Of a stretch of 64,000 bases of DNA, positions 1 to 8,711 are shown in pieces. Under the pieces are notes generated by a model. That model was given only the letters and a program-made list of their open reading frames with translations. It was not told where the DNA came from and did no database searches. The stretch comes from an uncultured Faecalibacterium sp. (GTDB lineage Bacteria; Bacillota; Clostridia; Oscillospirales; Ruminococcaceae). The position numbers were made by a program, and so were the translations under genes. The stretch's first letter is position 1. Every line of letters starts with the position of its first letter. The stretch lies in the NCBI GenBank assembly GCA_934514285.1, contig CAKSXE010000002.1, forward strand, positions 18,804 through 82,803. The letters are read 5' to 3'.

Positions 1-176
1 CAGATGAATTGATTGCGTGCCGCGTCGTAGGCATAGCCCACGGCGGAAAGTGCCTTGCACAGGGCGTCCTTATCGGCGTCCATGTCGTCGCAGAGGGCGT
101 CGAGGCTGGGGTAAAAATCGCGCAGTTTCAGGTTGACCACGCTCAAAAGCATGATCGGGTCGCTGGGCAGAGCCAT
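1..176 (-). CDS. DUF4250-like small protein (partial, runs off window start)
   Basis: Reverse-strand translation from ATG (complement of 174-176) gives MALPSDPIMLLSVVNLKLRDFYPSLDALCDDMDADKDALCKALSAVGYAYDAARNQFI, with GGAGGA RBS upstream; resembles DUF4250 small proteins. Confidence 0.45.
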   Translation of the reverse strand, partial: MALPSDPIMLLSVVNLKLRDFYPSLDALCDDMDADKDALCKALSAVGYAYDAARNQFI

Positions 177-252
177 CTGTTGTTTCCTCCCATGTTCCGT
201 GATAAAATAAAAAGCCGGTCACTCGACAAAGTGACCGGCAATACGCATCAGC

Positions 253-441
253 TTAGACAGCGCGGGTGACTTTGCCAGCGCGCAGGCAACGGGAGCATGC
301 GTAGATATACTTGGGAGAACCCTCCACGACCGCCTTGACACGACGGACATTCGGCTTCCAGGTACGGTTGGAACGGCGATGAGAGTGGGAGACCTTGATA
401 CCGAAGGTAACACCCTTGCCGCAGCATTCACACTTAGCCAT
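253..441 (-). CDS. rpmB: 50S ribosomal protein L28
   Basis: C-terminal 62 aa of ORF 253..666(-): MAKCECCGKGVTFGIKVSHSHRRSNRTWKPNVRRVKAVVEGSPKYIYACSRCLRAGKVTRAV, the L28 signature. Confidence 0.85.
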   Translation of the reverse strand: MAKCECCGKGVTFGIKVSHSHRRSNRTWKPNVRRVKAVVEGSPKYIYACSRCLRAGKVTRAV

Positions 442-635
442 GGTACTTGCACCTCCTACAGTGAAGTATGGAATCAAAATAATCAGCTTGACTATTTTAC
501 CAGAACTGCCGCCAAAAAGCAAGCCCCTTTTCGATTTTTTTGCGGCTTTTTTTCGCCTATGGCCCAAACGCTTGTCTAAAGGCAAAAAAAATAGTACAAT
601 AAACTCGTATATCTTATAGAAAACAGGAGAACACC

Positions 636-1310
636 ATGACCCCAAGAATGTTTTACACCCTCGCACGGGTGCTGGCCGCCCTGACCGTCATCCCTTTCCA
701 CGAGGCGGGCCACGCGCTGGCCGCATGGCTGCTGGGCGACCCCACGGCCAAGCAGCAGGGGAGACTGTCGCTGAACCCCTTCCGCCACTTCGACCTGCTG
801 GGAACGCTCTGCATGGTGTTCGCGGGCGTGGGCTGGGCAAAGCCTGTCTCCACCGACCCCCGCAACTTCAAAAACCCCAAGCAGGGCATGGCCCTCACGG
901 CGCTGGCCGGCCCGGTGGCGAACCTCATCCTGGCCTACCTTGCGATGGTGATCTGGAAGCTGCTCTATTATTGGGCGCCCGTCAACGATGCGACGATTTT
1001 TCTGGCGCTCTTCCTGCAATACTTAGTGTATCTGGATGTGAGCCTCGCGGTGTTCAACCTCATCCCGGTGCCGCCGCTGGACGGCAGCCGCGTCCTGCTG
1101 GCTGTGCTGCCCGAGCGCATCTACTTCGGCATGATGAAGTATGAGAAGGTCATCCTCATCGTCCTGCTGGCGGCGGTCTGGGGCGGCTTTCTGGACGGCC
1201 CCCTCAGCGTGATGAACAACGTGGTGTGGGACCTGCTGGACAATGGTACCCAGTACATCGACACCATCGCCTACTCGGCCTACTATGCGTCTGCAGGGGC
1301 GGTGATCTGA
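636..1310 (+). CDS. site-2 protease family (peptidase M50) membrane metalloprotease
   Basis: HEAGH zinc motif, multi-TM, LDGS motif near C-terminus. Confidence 0.7.
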   Translation: MTPRMFYTLARVLAALTVIPFHEAGHALAAWLLGDPTAKQQGRLSLNPFRHFDLLGTLCMVFAGVGWAKPVSTDPRNFKNPKQGMALTALAGPVANLILAYLAMVIWKLLYYWAPVNDATIFLALFLQYLVYLDVSLAVFNLIPVPPLDGSRVLLAVLPERIYFGMMKYEKVILIVLLAAVWGGFLDGPLSVMNNVVWDLLDNGTQYIDTIAYSAYYASAGAVI

Positions 1311-2041
1311 TGGCGGAGGAGCTTACCTTTCATCTGGAAGAGTTCGAAGGCCCGCTGGAACTGCTGCTGGCGCTGGTGACGAAGCACAAGATGGACCTGC
1401 ACAACATCCCCATCCTCCAGCTTATCGACCAGTACACCCGCACTGTGGAGGCCGCGCAGGCCGCAGACCCCGACATTTCCAGCTCCTTCATCGAGATGGC
1501 AGCCCACCTCGTGGAGATGAAGAGCTATCTGCTGCTGCCCCGGAGCACCGAGGGCGAGCGGATGAAGCAGGAGCTCACCGGCCAGCTCATCGAGTACGAC
1601 CAGTGCCGCCGGATGGCCTCTGCCCTCCGCGCCGCTGCGGAGGCGACGCCCACCTTCGTCCGGCAGCCGGTGCAGCTGGAACGGGATGAGACCTACGCCC
1701 TCAACCATCTGCCTCAGGTACTGGCCGACTGCTGGGAGGGCCTGATGGGCCGTGCGCCTGTCCGGCGGATGCCGACTCAGGCCGTTTTCGAGCCGTTGGT
1801 GACGGCCCCGCAGGTGTCGGTGAGCAGCCGGGTGGTGTACATCCTGCGCCGCCTCATCGCGGGCGGTGCGGCCCGGATGAGCCAGCTTTTCGCCCGCAGC
1901 CAGAGCCGCAGCACCAACGTGGCGACCTTTCTGGCCCTGCTGGAACTGGTGCGCGGCGGACGCGTCACCCTCGGCCCAAAGGGGGAGCTGACTATGCAGC
2001 GCGGACGCCTGCCCCGTGAAAGGGCAAAGGAGGAAGAATGA
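1310..2041 (+). CDS. scpA: segregation and condensation protein A
   Basis: MAEELTFHLEEFEGPLELLLALVTKHKMDLHNIPILQLIDQY, the ScpA N-terminal signature; start overlaps upstream stop (TGATG). Confidence 0.85.
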   Translation: MAEELTFHLEEFEGPLELLLALVTKHKMDLHNIPILQLIDQYTRTVEAAQAADPDISSSFIEMAAHLVEMKSYLLLPRSTEGERMKQELTGQLIEYDQCRRMASALRAAAEATPTFVRQPVQLERDETYALNHLPQVLADCWEGLMGRAPVRRMPTQAVFEPLVTAPQVSVSSRVVYILRRLIAGGAARMSQLFARSQSRSTNVATFLALLELVRGGRVTLGPKGELTMQRGRLPRERAKEEE

Positions 2042-2571
2042 ACCAGAAACAGATAAAAGCCGCCGTAGAGGCGATGCTTTTTGCGGCGGGCGACCCGGTG
2101 AGCGCCGATAAGCTTGCCGCCGCCGTCCAGCTGCCCCAGACCACGGTGGAGGCCGCGCTGGAAGACCTGCGCGTCCGTTACGCCCGGGAGGACTCCGGCC
2201 TCTGCCTGCTCCATCTGGACACCCGCTGGCAGCTGGCGACCAAGACCGAGTGGGCCGACTGCATCCGCCGTCTGCTGGACGCCCGGCGCTCGGTGCCTCT
2301 CGGCCCGGCGGCCATGGAGACGCTGACGGTCATCGCCTACAACCAGCCCGTCTCCCGCGCTTTCATCGAACAGGTGCGCGGCGTGGACTCCTCGTCCAGC
2401 GTCAGCGGCCTGCTGCAGAAGGGCCTCATCGAGGAGGCGGGCCGTCTCGACCTGCCCGGCCACCCGGTGAGCTTCCGCACCACGGATGTTTTTCTGCGGT
2501 GCTTCGGCCTTTCCTCGCTGGCGGACCTGCCGCCGGTGCGCGGAGATCAGGAAGGGGAGGCGGCGACATGA
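2038..2571 (+). CDS. scpB: segregation and condensation protein B
   Basis: MNQKQIKAAVEAMLFAAGDPVS..., ScpB wHTH pattern; translationally coupled to scpA. Confidence 0.85.
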   Translation: MNQKQIKAAVEAMLFAAGDPVSADKLAAAVQLPQTTVEAALEDLRVRYAREDSGLCLLHLDTRWQLATKTEWADCIRRLLDARRSVPLGPAAMETLTVIAYNQPVSRAFIEQVRGVDSSSSVSGLLQKGLIEEAGRLDLPGHPVSFRTTDVFLRCFGLSSLADLPPVRGDQEGEAAT

Positions 2572-3290
2572 TGGGAGTTCTGATGGCTCTGGGCTGGCTG
2601 CTGCTGACCCTGCTGAAGATCGCAGGCGTCCTGCTCCTGATCCTATTGGTGCTGCTGGCCCTCGTCCTGCTCTGCCCGCTCTGCGCGGACGTCTGCTGGG
2701 AGGGCGGCGTGCTGACCGTCCGGGCCGGTGCGCTTGGCATCACCCTGCCGGTGTTCCGGTGGCCTGCGCCGGAAAAGCCCGCCGAAGCCGAAGAGCCGAA
2801 AGGCTTCTGGGGAAAGCTGAAAGCGAAGCTCCGCGCCCGCCGCGAAGAGCGCAAGCGGAAGAAAGCCGCTGCAAAAGAGGCGAAGAGACCGAAAAAGGAG
2901 ACCGCTCCGCGCAGGAAGGCGAAGCTGACGCTGAACATCCTCGTGACCATCCTGCGGGGGGCCGGGCGGCTGACGAAAGCCGTCTTCGGCTCCCTGCGCG
3001 TCACGAAGATTCGGGTCTGCCTCGGCGTCCGGGGCGACGACCCCGCCGAAGCCGCCCGCGCCTACGGCAGGCTGAACGCATGGCTCTACCCGTCCCTCGG
3101 CGTTATCGACCGCTTCGTCTACCTCGATTTCGAGGAGCTGCGCATCCTGCCGGACTTCGGCAGCGCCGAGCCGACGGTGGCCGACCGGGTGTCGTTCCGC
3201 CTCAGCGCAAGGCTGCTCTTCATCGTTGCAGCCGCTCTGCGCGTTTTGTATGAGTTCTGGCGCGAAAAAGTGCTGGACGTCTTCCTATAA
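2568..3290 (+). CDS. hypothetical membrane protein (YtfI/DUF2953-like by position upstream of ytfJ)
   Basis: ATGATG overlapping scpB stop; N-terminal TM helix then a K/R-rich segment; the tool ORF 2250..3290 extends upstream in-frame but overlaps scpB. Confidence 0.4.
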   Translation: MMGVLMALGWLLLTLLKIAGVLLLILLVLLALVLLCPLCADVCWEGGVLTVRAGALGITLPVFRWPAPEKPAEAEEPKGFWGKLKAKLRARREERKRKKAAAKEAKRPKKETAPRRKAKLTLNILVTILRGAGRLTKAVFGSLRVTKIRVCLGVRGDDPAEAARAYGRLNAWLYPSLGVIDRFVYLDFEELRILPDFGSAEPTVADRVSFRLSARLLFIVAAALRVLYEFWREKVLDVFL

Positions 3291-3372
3291 AGTGTGTTAC
3301 AATAATATCGTATGGTGTATACTCCTATCCAGAGGGAGTTTTCCCGGAAAATAATAGTAGGAGGCCGATTTT

Positions 3373-3789
3373 ATGGCTGAGCATCCGATTCAAGGTTTAA
3401 TGAACGTCACGATGGACAAGATCCGCCAGATGGCAGATTCCAACACCATCATCGGCAAACCCATCAAGACCGACGACGGCACCACCATCCTGCCGGTGTC
3501 CCGCATTTCGTTCGGCTTTGCTTCCGCAGGCACCGACTTCGACGGCAAGAACGCCGCCAACAAGGACCTGTTCGGCGGCGGCTCCGGCGCGGGCGTCAAC
3601 ATCCAGCCGGTGGCTTTTCTGGTGGTGAAGGACGGCTGCGTGCGCACCATCCAGCTGTCCGACGGCTCCAACACCGTTGACCGCGCCCTGACCATGCTGC
3701 CCGAGCTGGTGGACAAGGTCAGCGCTCTGCTGAAGAAAGAGGAGAAGAAGGACGCCGCTGCGCCTGCCGCTCCCGCAGCAGAGAAGTAA
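3373..3789 (+). CDS. ytfJ: sporulation protein YtfJ / GerW family
   Basis: MAEHPIQGLMNVTMDKIRQMADSNTIIGKPIKTDDGTTILPVSRISFGFASAGTDF matches the YtfJ family. Confidence 0.7.
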   Translation: MAEHPIQGLMNVTMDKIRQMADSNTIIGKPIKTDDGTTILPVSRISFGFASAGTDFDGKNAANKDLFGGGSGAGVNIQPVAFLVVKDGCVRTIQLSDGSNTVDRALTMLPELVDKVSALLKKEEKKDAAAPAAPAAEK

Positions 3790-3852
3790 AACCACAACGC
3801 CGTATCTGCTGCCCGGACGGGCAGCAGTTATTGAACTGAGGCTGCTGTAATT

Positions 3853-4096
3853 AACCTCTCCGTCATTGCTTCGCAATGCCACTGTCCGGGTTGCGGCACC
3901 CAGCATCCGCAGCGCTTTGCTTGCGTCTTGCTGGCCGCGGCCCCAACAGCGACTCCCTGTTTCCGCCACTGGCGGCGGTCGTCGTTGTTGCCCCTAACGA
4001 GGGGAGGCTTTGGCAGTCCTCGCAAAGTGAATGGTTTCGCCAGAGGCTCCCCTCGGTAGGGGAGCTGTCGAGCGTGAGCGAGACTGAGAGGTTGAG
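3853..4096. repeat. mosaic hairpin-rich intergenic repeat, copy A (R1 termini with an internal M2 module)
   Basis: aacctctccgtcat ... gaggggaggctttggcagtcc.cgcaaagtgaa.ggtttcgccagaggctcccct ... gactgagaggttg; shares sequence with the copies at 8.4, 20.1, 21.6 and 36.0 kb. Confidence 0.8.
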
Positions 4097-4147
4097 TTCA
4101 TCAGCAGCTCTATTTGAGCGCCGGGAGGCGCACAAGGAGATTTTATC

Positions 4148-4984
4148 ATGGCAGAAGAACGCATCCAGAAAATCATGAGCGAGCAGGGCCTCTGCTCCCG
4201 CCGCGCCGCCGAGCAGATCATCGCCGAGGGCCGCGTGAAGGTCAACGGCCACCCCGTGAAGGTGGGCGACAAGATGGACCCCAACCGCGACGTCCTCCAT
4301 GTGGACGACGAGCGCATCTATATCCAGAAGAACCAGCAGCTGTACTATCTGGCTCTGTACAAGCCCCGCGGCTATGTCACCACCGCCAGCGACGAGCTGG
4401 GCCGCAAGACGGTGATGGAGCTGGTGGCCGACATCCCGGCCCGCCTGTACCCCGTGGGCCGTCTCGACAAGGACAGCGAGGGCCTGCTGCTGATGACCAA
4501 CGACGGCGCTTTCGCACAGGCCGTCACCCATCCGTCGGGCGGCATCTCCAAGCTCTACCGCGTCACCGTCCAGCCCCGGGCCGATGAGGCACAGATCCTG
4601 AAGCTCAGCTCCGGCGTCGTGCTGGACGACGGCACCAAGACCATGCCCTGCGCCATCAACGTCGTCACCGACGAGCCGGGCCGCACCGTCATGGAGATGA
4701 CCCTGAAAGAGGGCAAGAACCGCGAGATCCGCCGGATGTGCGAGGCCGTGGGCCTCGAGGTCATCCGTCTGAAGCGGAACGCCGAGGGCGTCGTCAAGCT
4801 GGGGATGCTCCAGCCCGGCAAGTACCGCGAGCTGACCAAGGCGGAGGTGAACGGCCTGCGCGCCGCAGCCGCCAAGGGCCGCGCCCAGACCCGCTCGGCC
4901 GCTTTGCAGTCCAAGGCTGCTGCCCGCCGTCCCCGCGGCCCGGTAGGCGGGAACAAAGCCGCCGCAGGGAAGAAACGCAAGTGA
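4148..4984 (+). CDS. rluB: pseudouridine synthase, RsuA/RluB family (S4 domain N-terminus)
   Basis: S4-like N-terminus; YYLALYKPRGYVTT and VGRLDKDSEGLLLMTNDG catalytic-Asp motif; basic C-terminal tail. Confidence 0.8.
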   Translation: MAEERIQKIMSEQGLCSRRAAEQIIAEGRVKVNGHPVKVGDKMDPNRDVLHVDDERIYIQKNQQLYYLALYKPRGYVTTASDELGRKTVMELVADIPARLYPVGRLDKDSEGLLLMTNDGAFAQAVTHPSGGISKLYRVTVQPRADEAQILKLSSGVVLDDGTKTMPCAINVVTDEPGRTVMEMTLKEGKNREIRRMCEAVGLEVIRLKRNAEGVVKLGMLQPGKYRELTKAEVNGLRAAAAKGRAQTRSAALQSKAAARRPRGPVGGNKAAAGKKRK

Positions 4985-5137
4985 CTTCAAGGCATCATGC
5001 CCGAAATTTCTGCTCTTTTTGCCAGATTTGTAACATTCTCTGAAAAAACGGAATGGAACAAGGCTTGAGAATCTTGGAAAAATCGGGTATAATATACCTA
5101 ATTTTGAAACTCACACAGATAAGCAGGAGGTCTTACC

Positions 5138-6457
5138 ATGGCTTCAAAGAGTACCAAAGGAGAAATCCTCGCCAAGTTTTTTGATGACGGGGAATACACC
5201 ACTCTGTTTGCGGACGGTGCGGTGAGCGCTGCCAGCGGCTATGCTGCCGGTCAGCAGGCTTACGCCGTCTTCCAGAACGGCGAGGCTGTTTCCGTCAAGG
5301 ACGTTGAAAAGAACATCAAGGTCCTCGAGCTGGCTGCCCAGACGGGCTGCCCGGTCGTCACCTTCTACGACTCCGTCGGCGCAAAGCTGGCTGAGGGTCT
5401 GGACGTGCTGAATGCAGCTGCAAAGCTCAACGCCACCATCGCAAAGGTGTCCGGCGTCGTGCCTCAGGTAGCCGTCGTTCTGGGCGTCTGCGGCGGCACC
5501 AGCGCCCTGAGCGCTGCCAACGCAGATGTCTGCATCATGGCTGAGGGCGCAGAGCTGTTCTTCACCGCTCCCTTCACCGCCGCTGCAAAGGGCGATAAGG
5601 TCGCTGACGCCGGTTCTGCCGCTGCTGCCGCAAAGGCAGGCGTGGCTTCCATCGTGGCCGCTGACGCTGCCGAGGCTGCTGAGAAGGCTGCCCACATCGT
5701 GGGTCTGCTGCCTGCCAACAACCTGACCGGCCCCGCCATCTTCGAGTTCGAGCAGCCCACCGCTGTCCTGAGCGCCAACGCTGAGCCTGCAAAGGCTGCT
5801 GCTGCCCTCATCGATAAGGACAGCGCCGTGGAGATGTACGCCGGTTTCGGCAAGAACGTCTACACCGCCTTCGCTACCATCGGCGGCAACGCCGTGGGCG
5901 TCGTGGCCACCGGCAAGGAGCTGTGCCACAACTGCGTGGCCAAGGCTTCTCGCTTCGTCCGCCTGTGCGACGCATTCAGCGTCCCCGTGCTGACCATCGT
6001 GAACACCGAGGGCTTCGTCCCCAGCACTTCCGATGACATCGCCGGCGGCATCCGCGAGGCTGCCCGTCTGGCTGCTACCTATGCCGACGCTACCACCGCC
6101 AAGGTGGCTCTGATTTCCGGCAAGGCTGTCGGCCCCGTCTACACCGCACTGGCCGCTGCTGACCTGAAGATCGCTGTCAAGGGCTGCACCGTCAGCGCTC
6201 TCGAGCCTTCCGCTGCCGTCTCCGTGCTGTACAAGGACGAGATCGACGCTTCCGACAACATCGTCGCCGCTACCAAGGCCAAGGCTGCTGCCTACGTCGC
6301 CGAGGTGTGCAGCGCTGACGCTGCTGTGGCCGCAGGCGCTGCCGACATGACCTGCGAGGCTGCCAACGCCCGCGCAAGCGTCGTGGCCGCCTTCGAGCTG
6401 CTGAGCACCAAGCGTGCTGCCCGTCTGCCCAAGAAGCACGGCAACATGGCTCTGTAA
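5138..6457 (+). CDS. carboxyltransferase-domain protein (12S-like subunit of a biotin-dependent transcarboxylase/decarboxylase), short and Ala-rich
   Basis: GVCGGTSALSAANADVCIMAEGAELFFTAPF resembles the carboxyltransferase GxCxGGxxYSPAxxD...FxTGP region; forms an operon with the BCCP and 5S genes downstream. Confidence 0.5.
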   Translation: MASKSTKGEILAKFFDDGEYTTLFADGAVSAASGYAAGQQAYAVFQNGEAVSVKDVEKNIKVLELAAQTGCPVVTFYDSVGAKLAEGLDVLNAAAKLNATIAKVSGVVPQVAVVLGVCGGTSALSAANADVCIMAEGAELFFTAPFTAAAKGDKVADAGSAAAAAKAGVASIVAADAAEAAEKAAHIVGLLPANNLTGPAIFEFEQPTAVLSANAEPAKAAAALIDKDSAVEMYAGFGKNVYTAFATIGGNAVGVVATGKELCHNCVAKASRFVRLCDAFSVPVLTIVNTEGFVPSTSDDIAGGIREAARLAATYADATTAKVALISGKAVGPVYTALAAADLKIAVKGCTVSALEPSAAVSVLYKDEIDASDNIVAATKAKAAAYVAEVCSADAAVAAGAADMTCEAANARASVVAAFELLSTKRAARLPKKHGNMAL

Positions 6458-6503
6458 GAAAACGTACATCTAACGATTTAGATTGATTCAGGAGGACTCT
6501 TCC

Positions 6504-6887
6504 ATGAAGTACTACAATATTTCCGTCAATGGCGTTGCTTACAGCGTCTCTGTCGAGGAGACCGCTGCCGGCGCTGCACCCGTGGCTCCTGCTGCTGCAC
6601 CCGCACCCAAGGCCGCTCCGGCTCCCGCTGCCGCTGCTGCTCCTGCCGCACCCGCTGCTCCTGCTTCCGCAGGCGCTGTTGAGGTCAAGGCTCCGATGCC
6701 CGGCAACATCCTGGACGTGAAGGTCGCCGCCGGTGCTTCCGTCAAGGCTGGCGACGTGCTGGTCATCCTCGAGGCCATGAAGATGGAGAACGAGATCGTT
6801 GCTCCTCAGGATGGCACCGTTGCTTCCATCAATGTCCATAAGGGCGACACCGTCAACTCCGGTGACACTCTGGTTTCCATGAACTAA
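6504..6887 (+). CDS. biotin carboxyl carrier protein (1.3S subunit), biotinyl domain
   Basis: EAMKMENEIVAP biotinylation motif (AMKM); Ala/Pro-rich linker; AGGAGG RBS. Confidence 0.8.
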   Translation: MKYYNISVNGVAYSVSVEETAAGAAPVAPAAAPAPKAAPAPAAAAAPAAPAAPASAGAVEVKAPMPGNILDVKVAAGASVKAGDVLVILEAMKMENEIVAPQDGTVASINVHKGDTVNSGDTLVSMN

Positions 6888-6903
6888 GAGAGAGGTGACA
6901 ACA

Positions 6904-8307
6904 ATGGCTAAAAAGCCCATCAAGATCACGGAAGTCGTCCTGCGCGATGCCCACCAGTCCCTGCTGGCCACCCGTATGACGATGGACGATATGCGTCCCA
7001 TCCTGCCCGAGATGGACAAGATCCCTTACTTCTCCGTCGAGTGCTGGGGCGGTGCGACCTTCGACAGCTGCATCCGCTTCCTCGATGAGGACCCCTGGGA
7101 GCGTCTGCGCATCCTGCGCAAGGAGCTGCCCCACCAGAAGCTGCAGATGCTGTTCCGCGGCCAGAACATGCTGGGCTACCGCCCCTACGCGGACGACGCC
7201 GTCGAGTACTTCGTGAAGAAGTCCGTCGCAAACGGCATCGACGTCATCCGCATCTTCGACGCACTGAACGACGCCCGCAACCTGCAGACCGCCATCAAGT
7301 CTGCCAACAAGGAAGGCGCACACGTTCAGGGCTGCATCAGCTACACCCTGAGCCCCGTCCACAACAACGAGTACTACGTCAAGTACGCAAAGACTCTGGA
7401 AGAGATGGGTGCAAACTCCATCTGCATCAAGGACATGGCCGGTCTGCTGACTCCCTACACCTGCTACGAGCTGGTCAAGGAGCTGAAGAACACCCTGTCC
7501 ATCCCTGTGGACATCCACAGCCACTACACTGCCGGTCTGGCTTCCATGTCCCTGCTGAAGGGCATCGAGGCCGGTGCTGACATCGTGGATGCCGCCATGA
7601 GCCCCCTGAGCGGCGGCACCAGCCACATGGCCACCGAGAGCCTCGTCGCTGCCCTGCAGGGTACCGATTACGACACCGGCCTCGACCTCAAGCAGCTGAA
7701 CGTCGTCCGCGCATACTTTGCAAAGCTGCGCGAGAAGTACATCGCCAACGGCCAGATCAGCCCCAAGTCTCTGGGCGTGGACGCCAACACCCTGCTGTAT
7801 CAGGTGCCGGGCGGCATGTTCTCCAACATGCTCAAGCAGCTGAAGGATGCCGGCAAGGAGGACAAGCTGGACGAAGTGCTGGCTGAGATCCCCCGCGTTC
7901 GTGAGGACGCAGGCTATCCTCCGCTGGTCACCCCCACCAGCCAGATCGTCGGCACCCAGGCTGTCTTCAACGTCATCCTGGGCGAGCGCTACAAGATGGT
8001 CACCAAGGAGTTCAAGGGCCTCGTCCACGGCGACTACGGCAAGACTCCCGCCCCCATCAGCGCCGAGTTCACCAAGAAGATTTTGGGCGACGAGCAGCCC
8101 ATCACCTGCCGCTTTGCTGACACCCTCGCTCCCGAGATGGACAAGCTGAAGGCAGAGGCTGCAAAGTGGGCTACTCAGGAAGAGGACGTCCTGACCTACG
8201 CCATGTTCCCGCAGGTCGCTCCCAAGTTCTTTGAGAAGCGCAACGCCAAGGCTCAGGGCGTGGATGCAGACCATGCAGATTTTGCAAATAAGTCTCACCC
8301 CGTCTGA
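6904..8307 (+). CDS. oxaloacetate decarboxylase alpha / pyruvate carboxylase subunit B / methylmalonyl-CoA carboxyltransferase 5S-type subunit
   Basis: VLRDAHQSLLATRMT, FRGQNMLGYR and DMAGLLTPY motifs of the HMGL-like carboxyltransferase domain plus the conserved carboxylase C-terminal domain. Confidence 0.75.
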   Translation: MAKKPIKITEVVLRDAHQSLLATRMTMDDMRPILPEMDKIPYFSVECWGGATFDSCIRFLDEDPWERLRILRKELPHQKLQMLFRGQNMLGYRPYADDAVEYFVKKSVANGIDVIRIFDALNDARNLQTAIKSANKEGAHVQGCISYTLSPVHNNEYYVKYAKTLEEMGANSICIKDMAGLLTPYTCYELVKELKNTLSIPVDIHSHYTAGLASMSLLKGIEAGADIVDAAMSPLSGGTSHMATESLVAALQGTDYDTGLDLKQLNVVRAYFAKLREKYIANGQISPKSLGVDANTLLYQVPGGMFSNMLKQLKDAGKEDKLDEVLAEIPRVREDAGYPPLVTPTSQIVGTQAVFNVILGERYKMVTKEFKGLVHGDYGKTPAPISAEFTKKILGDEQPITCRFADTLAPEMDKLKAEAAKWATQEEDVLTYAMFPQVAPKFFEKRNAKAQGVDADHADFANKSHPV

Positions 8308-8330
8308 TAAAACAGCATAAGGCTTTTCCA

Positions 8331-8361
8331 AGCCCCCCGCAGGGATGCGGGGGGCTTTTTG
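8331..8361 (+). terminator. rho-independent terminator after the transcarboxylase operon
   Basis: agccccccgcagggatgcggggggcttttt. Confidence 0.7.
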
Positions 8362-8387
8362 TGCTCTTGGCAAAAGCTGCTGCCAAA

Positions 8388-8528
8388 GTACAACCTCTCC
8401 GTCATCGCTGACGCGATGCCACCTCCCCTAGTAGGGGAGGCTTTGGCAGTCCCCGCAAAGTGAACGGTTTCGCCAGAGGCTCCCCTACTAGGGGAGCTGT
8501 CGAACGAAGTGAGACTGAGAGGTTGTAC
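8388..8528. repeat. mosaic hairpin-rich intergenic repeat, canonical ~140-bp R1 unit, copy B
   Basis: gtacaacctctc...gagaggttgtac terminal inverted repeats enclosing three perfect hairpins: cgtcaTCGCtgacg, cctcccctaGTAggggagg and gctcccctaCtaggggagc. Confidence 0.85.
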
Positions 8529-8711
8529 AAAGGACAGCCTGACCATGGACGAAAGGCTCAATTTTTTGCGCTCCCGGCTTGCAAAAAAGCGGCCATCAGA
8601 GTAGAATAATAACATATGTATCGTAACATGGGCCTGTATACCCAAACGCGGATACATATACCGTAATTTGTCCGCATATCCACCCATGAACAGAGAGGAA
8701 ACGTGGAGTAT

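Noticed and set aside
2250-3290. N-terminally extended version (346 aa) of the post-scpB gene, plus the overlapping 2486..3253 frame
   Set aside because: The extension overlaps scpB in another frame and is R/G/P-rich. ATGATG at the scpB stop with a TM-helix start (MMGVLMALGWLL) is the credible start.
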